From: Geosiphon pyriformis uo1
Lineage: Eukaryota; Fungi; Glomeromycota
Direction: 5' to 3'
Length of the DNA stretch: 64,000 bases
NCBI GenBank assembly: GCA_016748015.1
Contig: JAAOMT010000468.1
Span: forward strand, 248,001 to 312,000
Shown: piece after piece, positions 53,544 through 64,000 of the stretch
Position numbering within the stretch: position 1 is the first letter of the stretch
Layout of the letters: each line of letters starts with the position of its first letter
Position numbers and translations under genes: made by a program
Notes under the pieces: model-generated
The model's input: the letters and a program-made list of their open reading frames with translations, nothing else
Database searches by the model: none
What the model was told of the DNA's origin: nothing

Positions 53544-55668
53544 TTAGGAACTATTAGGTTTTTGCAACCCAGGAGGCATCCTTTCAGCGAATTGATAACA
53601 AAGATTGCTAATATCAATTCGATCAGCAACATCATCCTGGTGGCTAATAATATTCTCTCGATAATTGCCATTTAGTTCTGCATCCCCTGAAGAGAACCCG
53701 AAATTGTTTAAAGATTCTTCATAGCCGTCCGCCACCTTTTCTTTTTCTTCCCAATAACAACCGTGACAAATCGACGCATCTACATCATAACGGCCAGGTC
53801 TGTAGCGTCGAAAATATTGTGGAAAGTTTGTGGTGTTATTTCGTATCTCCTGAACTAATGGGGCCGCAAAGTCCTGGATAATGCCATTTTCCGGCCACCA
53901 AAAAGGAGAGACGTTGATCCCACATCTCTTGCATCTTTGTCGTACAGTGTAATATGGCATTTCAGGAGAGAGAAAAGTGGGAGGAATTGGCAAGTTGTAA
54001 TCAGGTTGGTCTTTCACGGTCTTATCGGGCAAATTTTCTGTTGCTTCAAATTCTTTAAGGATCGGAAAATTGAAGGTAAAACGTTCCGGCTCATAGGGTT
54101 TATAATGTTTATGAAGTGTAGGTAAAATGGCATCTCTGTAACGATAGCGGCGTCTTCTATCGACATCACCCCAGCTGAACTGCTTATAGTCTCGGATGTA
54201 TGTATAGATAGCCGACTAAATAATTAATGTAAAATTGATAGCCAGCAATTAAATATCTGCATGGAACTGAAGAAAAACTTCCATAAATAATTACATAGCC
54301 ATCCATTCCACGTGTCCCCAATCTAACATGAGGTACAGAAGGAGAATGGTCTCCACACCATATTCTTGGAGTCATATCACCTTCTAGTCCATCACCAAAG
54401 TTGACACTCTCTCGCTTAATTTTGGATTTTTTCATCGGCGTAATTTCAAATCCAACTATGGATGAAGATTTTTGGGCGCATGGTAAATGAAATGCTTGCT
54501 TGCATTCGAGGTCAGCGCATTTCATCGTGGCGCCACGCTTAATGTTACAATGGGAACATTCCTTTGAAAGAGAAATTTTATTATTCCTTTGATTAATGAA
54601 ATTTCAATGCATCAATTAAAATTAATCCATAATAAAATCATGTGTACTTGTTGTAGTGCCGTTCCGTTCCTGATATCTATAACATCTTCAATCATCGTCA
54701 TTGTTTCAGCGTCCCGGAATGATACTTCGGGAAAATAGGCAACACAAATTATATGACCCCAATTGTAGTTAGCGGTCCTTTTCATTGAGCTGTTTCCACT
54801 AGCAGTTTGATGACAGAGACTACATTTGTGTTTCTGATGTTGACAAGAAAAGATCAAATTAGCTAAAATCAAACTTTGCAATCGAAAAAATATATTAATT
54901 TAAAATAAAAAGTACTCTTGAAACTCTTTTAGTTTTTTCATTATACCAAGGATCAGCCCGCCAGATACTTTCATTTTTACAAGGGTCACAATGCCAAACA
55001 AGTGGGGCTTCTTTATAGCCGACTAAGCCATAACAATCTACAGAAAAGAATAGAATAATAATATATTTATTATTATTATTATTATTGTTGTTGTTGTTGT
55101 TGTTGTTGTTGTTAACATGAAGGGAAAAATCTTTATTGAATAAAAATACTGAGAATTTTTTCATACCGGCATGCATACACTGATGGCAATCCCGACATGT
55201 GAGTAGCAATCTTATTGGTGACAGAGCGTTACAAACCTGGCATGGCCTTTTAGGTATTGGTAATGAAGGACATACACGGCGTCCTTTGTTGAAAAAGTCG
55301 TTTTTTGGTCGCCAACGAGGGCGTTGCTTCAATGGAGGTTCTCTTTTTTCGAGCTTAGCTTTCATCTTCTGAACCGCATCAAGGTCCATTTCTTCGTAGT
55401 AAGCGTTAGAGCTATCTGTTTCATAGTCATTGTATTCCTCAATGTGCTTCCTTTTAAGTTCAGATTTTTGTATATAAGAGACTTTTACACCATTCGAATC
55501 CTTCCGGATTAAGTTGTTTTTTTTAGTGCTAAGATTTCCTCCTTTTTTCGTTTCTTTTTCAGATCTTTGATCGCGTTCTATATAAAAATCACTTTCTTCG
55601 TCTGACCAACTTTGGTTGTTTAGATCAGTTAAATCGCTTTCTTCGTCAGACAAGAAATGTTCTGCCAT
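53544..55668 (-). CDS. PHD + extended PHD + GATA-like zinc finger chromatin protein (resembles the C-terminal half of Snt2), 5 exons
   Basis: CQVC..CRDC..HADC..WHCDPC; CSLC..WGHIIC..CSHC..CADLEC..FHLPC..C.DH; CKRCG..SPFWW..CHGC. Confidence 0.8.
55066..55114. repeat. Intronic compound microsatellite (TTA)n(TTG)n
   Basis: Seen directly, in intron 1 of the PHD gene. Confidence 0.9.
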
Positions 55669-58174
55669 TTTGTTGTATAATAGTTATTAGGATGTTGAAA
55701 ATTGGTATATAAGAGAACTGAATGGGTATTGATTGAATAGTTCACCGATTCTTAAAACTTTTTATCTACTTTTTGGAAATCTACAGCTACTTTTGGTTAG
55801 CTTTTTTTCTACAATTTCGACGCGAGAAAATTTTCTGCGCTAATCACGCCACGCCACAATTAATGCGATGCAAAAAAGTTTTTTTCCTAGGTATTAATTA
55901 TCCTTTAAGGCTATCCGCTGCAACACTACACAGATCTCTGACCTTATTTGTTTAAATCATATCCCTTGACCAAAAGCATTAAACCAGGGTTTTACTGAAT
56001 TAAATTAAAAATAAGCTTCTAATATTATGTTAGCAAGTTAAATATATATAATAATAAAATATTATTAAAATAATAATTAATTATTATAAAAGCTAGAATA
56101 TTAAAAAATTTTATTATTATTTTTATTAAATATACATATATAAAAATTATTTTGTTTTCAAATAATTTTATTTATTAATTATACTGTATGTATTTTTTGA
56201 TTTATTTGAAAATTTTAGAATTTTAATATTAATTATAAAAATTTTTAAATTTAAGTTTTAAAATAAAATGAATTATTTTAAAATATATTTAATAATAATA
56301 AAAATTAATTAAACTATTAAAAAAATTACAATTAATAAAAAACTTAATTAAACTAAAAGTGGATGATCACGTGCAGTTTCGCATAATCTACGTCTATGTT
56401 TATATTTTTAATACAATACATTTAATTTTTATATTTTATATTTTATATTTTAAATATTACATTTTTAATTCTAAGAAATATTTTTTATTATACAAAAGAA
56501 TAAAAATAAAAAAATTTATTTATTTATGTATTTATTTATTTTTAATTTATATAATTAAATTGTTATATATATAATTGTAATTTTAAATTACATAAAAATA
56601 ACTAATTAATTTTTTTTTACATATGTATAAGAATTATTAACTTTTAATTTAAATATTATTAATATAATTGTTATTTTTATTAGAATTAATTGGTAAAAAC
56701 TTTTATTTATATTAATATGCATGATTTTTTATTAACAAATCTTTTTAATTCAGTTAATATTATTTATCATTTTTTAATTTGTTTTTAATCAAAATTCAAA
56801 CATTAAAAAAAATAAAAATTAATTATTATATAAATTAACTTTTAAATATTTTATTTATTTATTAATAATAATCTAAAAACGGTATTTTTTTAATAATTTA
56901 AACAAAATAAATATTGTAATTATTTTTATTTTATTAATATAATACTTTAGATTTTTAAAAAAAAATTTTTAAATTGATTTTTTTTTATGTTTTAAGAATG
57001 AAATTTAATTACAATTTTCCAAGATAAAACATATAAAAAAATATATACAAACTTAAAATAAATACAAATAATATATTGTTTATATGTAACTAATTACTTT
57101 AATTAAATTAACAAAATCAAATATGTTAAATATTTTTATCTTATTAAAATAGTTTATAAACACATTTTTATTTTTAATTAATATATATTTAAATATATAT
57201 ATTTTTTATAAAACTTTACTTTATTTTTTGGGGTAGATTTTATATATAATATAATTTTTACAACTAATTTCAATTGATTTAAAATAATTTATAAAAAAAT
57301 ACAAAATTAATAAAAAATTTTTGTTTATTTTTAAACCAAAAAAAATTTAAATCAGATTAATAATTAAATTAAAAAAACAAATTATGTTTTAATATTTTTA
57401 TTAAAATTACTTTAATAATTATATTAAAAAACAAAATCTATTAAATATTAAGTTTTATTACTACGAATTTTACTAAATTAAACAAATTTTACAACTTGAA
57501 TTTTAAAAAAATTAATCTAAATTTATATATTATATTAATTAAATTAATAAGTAAAATAATTTTATACAATTTTAAAATAATAATAGCTTTAATATAAGAT
57601 ATTAATTTAGTTAATTAATTAATAAAAATTTAAATACAATAAAAAATAACAATAATAACAACAACAATAACAATCTTAATATTTAAAAAAATTTTATCAA
57701 ATATATTTTTTATATAAAATACCAATTTTAATAATTGTTTTATTAAAACTTTTTTTAAACTTAAAAATAACAATAATTAACATTAAAAATTAAAAAAATA
57801 TATGTTTATTTATTAATTTAAAAAACCAAATTACTAATTTTAAAAGACTATACAATTAGAAAAAAATTAATTAATTAAATTTTAAATATATTTTGAAAAA
57901 CAATATTTTTTTTTAATTAACAAAACTAATTAACAAATTAAAACAGCTTTAATAACTTTAAAAAACTTAAAATATATAATAATATATTATTATAAATCAT
58001 AAATTTTAGCTTAATATTAAAATTTTTATTAAAAATATTTAAAAATTTATTATATAAAATTAATTAAAATTTAATATATTAAACAACATAACTATTTTTT
58101 AATTAAAACCAGTTTTAATAAATATATTATAATTATTTAAATTTAAATTTAAAAAAAAACAACCAAATTAAAAT

Positions 58175-58504
58175 TTTTTATTATTATTAATATTTAATAA
58201 GTAAGATCTAAACACTACTTAGTATAATATATTATATAAATAATTTAAACTAGATGTGAATCATGCATTTTTTACATGTAACTAGTTACTCAAGCTGACC
58301 AGAACAATACTAAGCATCTATATAAACCGAAACTGGATCTTCAATGCCTAAAAAAAATAAATAAAACTTATATAAGCCAAAACTAATACCAAATGCATTA
58401 GTAATGCTGAATAATTTAACTATATCAATAGACAACACCAAAGACATCTCAGATACTAGAACTAGAACTAAACCATCAAATAATATTAGCTCATTTTTTT
58501 CCAA
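58175..58504 (-). mobile_element. 5'-truncated LINE 3' end
   Basis: ORF 58310-58504 matches the ORF2 C-terminus of copy 2. The downstream sequence aligns with the 3' UTRs of copies 1 and 2. Confidence 0.85.
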
Positions 58505-59014
58505 ATTAAAATTGAATATTATAATTAATAAAGTTATAATAAAACTATAAAAATATCAAAAAAACTAAAAAATTAATAGTTGTTTTTTATAAAAAAAAAT
58601 ATAAACTTTAATTAAAATATTACTTTAAAAATACTAAGAAACAAATTTATTTGACATTTTAAAAAGATTATTTTTTTGTTTTTTGGCTTTTTGGTTATTA
58701 AACAATAATAAAAAAATTATTAAAGAAAAAAATTGCTTTATTATTTGTTTAAAACTTTTAATTAATTATTTGAAAAAAATTTTAAATAAACAAAAACTTT
58801 TATTTAAATATTAAAAAAATGTTTTTTTAATTATTAAAAATTATTTTATGTTTTTATTATTTAAAAAAAAACACTTTAAAAAAATATTGTTTAATTGTTT
58901 TAACTTTTAAAAAACTTTTTAAATATTAAAACTAGTAAAAATAATAAAAAAACAAAAACAAAAATTTTTTTTTAATCTTTTAATATGATAAATCCAAACT
59001 TTTTTTGCTTAATT

Positions 59015-60524
59015 ATGAAATTATTATTGGTTTTAATATTGTTGTTATAAAAAAATTTATCAAAAATTCTGGCTTTGGCAGTGATAACAAACAAGTTCTC
59101 TTTAAGAAAAAAAAAATAGTGTATTAAAAGATAGTATTAAAGACAAGATAATTTTTGTTAAGACATTGAATAATCATTTTTAAGGCTCTAAAATTAGTAA
59201 TACTACTGAATTTGATAGTATTAATATGAAAAAAAAATATTTAATAAAGAAAACTAGTATTGATTATGGTAAAACTAATGCTTTTTATAGAAAAAGTTTA
59301 ATTGAACACTAAAAGATCTATGAGTTAAAACTAAGAAAATATTAAGAATGTCTTTGAAAAAAATTAACTTTTTAAGTAATAAAAATGATAATATTCTATT
59401 AAATGTTTTATTAGATCTTCTTTTTCCTTTTAAAAATCTAGTCAATGTTTTTGTTAAAAAGTTGTTTATTCTGGATATTAATTTGGACAATATTATTGGA
59501 AAATTTTCTTAAAACAAGCTTTTAGCAATTAAAAAGTTATTTTCAAAAATTAATGGTTTTGAAGAAAGCATTTATCTTCTCAAAATTTGCTAAGATTATT
59601 AAAGTAATGTTTATTTCTGAATTTAGCTTGGCACAAACAACTGAATTGACAAAAACTAGAAATATTATTGTAAACACCAATCTTAAAAAATCAACAATGT
59701 GTTTAGATTAAACTGTGATAATAAAAGAGATTCCAATTAGAACATTAGCTAATATTGTGTATTTTGCATTATCTAAATTTGAAGAGATCAAATTAATCAA
59801 GATATAATTGGTGGGGCTGTAACAAAAAACTGTAGTTAAGTTTGATCATTCAGATTATATTAATCTAATTACAGCAATATGGTCTGTCTTAATTGAAAAA
59901 ATACAGTATACATAATCAGAGCTAATATCAACAAGGAATCTTGAAATGCAAAAGACAAAAATAGGATACTGTTTTACACATTGTTAGTAAGAGCAAATGC
60001 TTATAATATTTGGAATTTTATTGGTTTTGTGGGTGGAAAAACATGTATTATAAATTATTATTTAGTTACATATATTCAAATTAAATATACAGTAGTCTGT
60101 TTTAATTCTGTTAAATTATTAAAAGCTGTCATAAAAACCATGTCAGTAATAAAAAGCACCAATTTGCATTAGTTTTACTTAGATTTGGCTAAGTATATAA
60201 AGTATAAAAATTTAAATTATATATTATTAAACTGCACTATAGATAGAAAAATGTTTTCTGGTGGTTTAATTTATAAAAACTTATCAAAAACAAATAAAAA
60301 CAAACTGGCAACCATCTATGTTAAACATTTAATACTTATTATTTAATCTGTTTTTTTTGGTAATATTTTTTGGGCTAAAATAGTTGGATCTTTTTTCTTC
60401 TCTTTTTTTGTGCAAAGTAGTTCTGTAAATTTTGGCTTTTTTTTAAAAGTAAAGCTTATTATGCTTATGTTTAATAAATAGAATATTAGATTTACTGCTT
60501 TTAAACACAGTTCCACTAGTCTTA
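59015..60524 (+). mobile_element. Degenerate LINE ORF1 fragment, truncated by an LTR element
   Basis: KLFILDINLD..KKLFSKINGF, NAYNIWNFIGFVGGKTCII and RFTAFKHSSTSL match ORF1 of copies 1 and 2. Confidence 0.85.
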
Positions 60525-60527
60525 TAA

Positions 60528-62579
60528 TATTATAGGTAATTATTTAGAGTATTAAAACAAATAACAAATCTGTAACTTAGTGCTTAATAGCTAGAAATAT
60601 TGGTAATTTTTAAAGATTTTAGAGTCTAAAAATTTTGGTTGAGTCTTTTGTATAATAGACAAAGATTTAATTAATAGTTTTTTCTATAAATTTCTTTTTT
60701 TAGCATAATGACTGGTTTATTCTGACAGTTATATCTTTCTGGTAAGCTATTCTTAAATTTTTTACTCTTGTTTTCAAGTTTTTTATTAGACTATTCTTGA
60801 TATTAAATACTTAGTACTTAATTTCTTTAATCAATTTAGTAAACAACAAAAAAATAAAACAAAAAAAAATAAAAAAAATAAAAAATTAATATTTTGTTAA
60901 TAGTTATAATTAAGAACTATTGATTCAATGTAATTAAATATTGAATTTTATTAACATAAGTTGTTAATAGTAGAAAAGTAATTAATATTTTTAATCAAGC
61001 AACAATAACATGAATTGGATAATAATTAAATATTTTATTAATATTAATATGATTTCACTTTAAGTTATAGAAAACTATTTTTAAAGAGAAAGATATTGTT
61101 GTTCTAAACTAAATTGAATACTTTTTCTGCTTTTAATACTTTTACTATATATACATAATTTGTGTTATATAAAATTTCTTGAAATTTTTTAATTCTTTAA
61201 AAAGAATTCTAAAATTCTGAAATTTTAAAATCCTGCAATTTTTTAAGAAAAATTCTGGAATTCCTTTTTTTACTATGTCTATTTCTAATTGACTATTTTA
61301 TCTATTATTATAATTTCTAATTTCTATGAGCAGGTTTTTTCTAAGTAGACAGTTGTATTTTCTTTAATATTTCTGTTAATGTTTATAATTTTTTTTTGTC
61401 TGCAAAAATAATAAAAAAATTTTATTGGGTGTACTTTTTAATTTATTTGTTTATTTTTGTGATTAATAGTGCAAACAGATAGTTTGGTAGAAGTGTAGTG
61501 CTTTGTAAAAGTTTACTGTAGAAATTTCTGAAAGCAGCTTCTGAATTTTTTTGGTTTTTCAAGTAAGATTTAATTTTTTATTGACACAAAAGTTGAAAAC
61601 TGATTCTGTTGGCCAATAGTTACTTGTCAGTTTAAAATGAGTTTAATAATATTAAAATAAGAATTTTACAAATTTTAAATGATTTTTTCTTATAATTTTT
61701 TGGTCTGCCACTCTTTCAAATAGTTGATATTAGTTCTGGTTTTCTGTTAAATTATATCTTACAAAAAGTACTAAATATTACAAGAAGTATTAAATATTAC
61801 AAGTAATTATTTGGAATATTAAAACAAATAACAAATCTGTAACTTAGTGTTCAATAGCTAGAAATGTTGATAACTTCTAAAGATTTTTATGATCTGAAAA
61901 TTTTAGTTGAGTTCTTTGTATAATAAACAAAGATTTAATTGATGGTTTTTTCTGTGAATTTCTTTTTTCAGTATGATGATTAGTTTATTCTGACAGTTGT
62001 GTTTTTTTGGTAAACTATTTTTAAATTTTTATCTTTGTTCTAAGGTTTTTTACCAGATTATTTTTGACATCAAATACTTAGTGTTTAATTTTTTAATTAA
62101 TTAGTAAACAACAAAGAAACAAAATAAAAAAAAATAAAAAAAATAAAAAAAAATAAAAAAAGAAAATAAGAAATTAGTATTCCATTAATAACTGTAATCA
62201 AAAACTATTGGTCTAGTGTAGTTAAGTATTAAATTCTATCAATATAGAGTGTTAATAGTATAGAAGTAATTAATATTCTTAATCAAGTAATAATAATATG
62301 GGTTAAATAATAATTAAATATTTTATTAATATTAATATAATTCTATTTCAATTTATAAAAAACTATCTTTTGAAGAAAAAAGTATTGTTGTTTTAAACTA
62401 AATTGAATATTTTTTCTGTTTTTAATATTCTTATTATATATACATAATTTATGTTATATAAAATTTCTTGAAATTTTTTAATTTTTTTAAAAAAAATTCT
62501 GGAATTTTTTTTTTTACTATGTTTATTTTTGATTGGCTATTTTATCTATTATTATAATTCTTAATTTTTATGAATAACA
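60528..62579 (-). mobile_element. Internally deleted LTR retrotransposon relic (LTRs ~60528-61330 and 61795-62579)
   Basis: ~800-bp direct repeats. Termini TATTAC/TATTAT...ATAACA fit eroded TGTTAC...GTAACA. PBS-like TTTAGTACTT (eroded TTTGGTACTT) follows the 5' LTR on the minus strand. ~450 bp of coding-like internal remnant. Confidence 0.7.
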
Positions 62580-62580
62580 A

Positions 62581-63197
62581 CATAATGGCCAGTTTATTTT
62601 GACAGTCGTGTTTTTTTAATAAGCTATCTTTAAATTTTTTATCCTTGTTCTTAGGTTTTTTATCAGACTATTTTTGATATCAAATACTCAATGCTTAATC
62701 TCTTTAATTAATTTAGTAAACAACAAAAAAATAAAACAAAAGAAAATAAGAAATTAGTATTTTATTAATAGTTATAATTAAGAGTTATTGGTTTAGTGTA
62801 ATTAAGTATTGGATTTTATCAACATAAGTTATTAATAATAAAAAACTGATTAATATTTTTAATCAAGCAATAATAATATAAATTGGATGATAATTAAATA
62901 TTTTATTAATATTAATGTAATTTCACTTTAAGTCATAAAAAACTATTTTTTAAAAAGAAAGATATTGTTATTTTAAATTAAATTGAATACTTTTTTTGTT
63001 TTTAATACTTTTGTTATATATATATAATTTATGTTATATGAAATTCCTTAAAATTTTTTAATTCTTTTAAAAAAAATTCTGGAATTCTGGAATCTTGCAA
63101 TTTCTTAAAAAAAATTCTAGAAATTCTCTTTTTACTATACTTATTTTTAATTGGCTATTTTACTTATTATTATAATTCCTAATTTTTATAAGTAACA
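62581..63197 (-). repeat. Third, partial LTR copy in tandem
   Basis: Aligns to the last ~610 bp of the other two copies and ends in intact GTAACA at 63197. Confidence 0.8.
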
Positions 63198-64000
63198 ATG
63201 ACTAGTTATATAACATTAATGGCTAATACATATGATAACTAATAAAAATTATGGATTTTAACCATAATAATATCAAACTTAGAAACAAGTTTTTTAGAAA
63301 ATTTGGTAAAGCTTTTTAAATTATAAACATAAATATCTTGATTTTTTTTAGTGCTAAAATAATTTTTTATTCTACTTTTTTTAATATTTATGTTTATAAT
63401 TAAATTATCAATCAGTTTTATTGTAATAAATAGATTTGTGTTAAAAAAAATAGTTAAAAATATATATTAAAAAAATAAAAAAAACTTTATACTATTTAAA
63501 TTATAATAGTTTTATTACGAAAATTAACAAAACAAAGAGTTTTTTTTCTTTTTTTCAAATAATTTAAATTTTAATATTTAAAACAATATTAATATTTAGA
63601 TATTTTTTATTAAATATGACTTTTTTTTAAATATTAATCCTAATAATAATAATATTTAATTAGCTTAAAAATTAAAAATAATAATAATAATATATCTTAA
63701 TTATGAAAAAAAACCAAAAAACCAAAAAATAAAGTAAATGTAATTACAAATTAAAAAATCAACTTACTAATCTTAAAAATAATTTAACCAAAAAAAATTT
63801 ATTAATTTAATTTTAATTATATTAAAAAAATACTTAAAAAAATAATATATAAAATTATAATTAACAAAAACAAAAACAAAAACAAAATAAAAATAAAAAT
63901 CACAAAAGATTTTATAATTTTAAAAGTAATAAAAAAACAATTAATAAATTCAATATTGTTTTAACATTATTTCTATATTAATAAAATTATGTAAAAAGTA

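Noticed and set aside
55066-55114. Poly-Asn tract in ORF 54895-55668
   Set aside because: It lies within a GT-AG intron, so it is not coding.
60528-63197. CRISPR array or satellite interpretation of the repeats
   Set aside because: Eukaryotic context; units are 600-800 bp with LTR-like termini and no repeat-spacer structure.

Overview
AT-rich, intron-rich eukaryotic DNA. Gene content (SEL1/TKL kinase, LINE family, a minor-class intron) suggests an early-diverging fungus, probably Glomeromycotina and possibly Geosiphon-like; this is inferred, not searched. Bases 1-20 kb are a nested transposon stack: two RNase H-bearing LINE copies, a TIR-bounded pogo/Tigger element with cargo, and an almost fully AT-eroded older LINE into which the others inserted. 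Bases 20.5-55.7 kb hold compact housekeeping-gene islands (ISA2, UTP18, lysophospholipid acyltransferase, LDAH, SRP54, CSTF2, RBM42, UTP5/WDR43, AP-1 mu, an Snt2-like PHD protein) and a frameshifted SEL1-kinase, separated by extremely AT-rich spacers. Bases 58-63 kb hold LINE and LTR relics. Three observations stand out. (1) A single-nucleotide exon at 25696 appears to be required to keep the acyltransferase in frame. (2) TE coding regions have many transition-derived stops, including non-CpG contexts, but no net frameshifts, and they grade into AT deserts that still translate as TE protein; this points to a RIP-like or methylation-driven erosion process. (3) The AP-1 mu gene has a probable U12 intron. 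All coordinates were read by eye.
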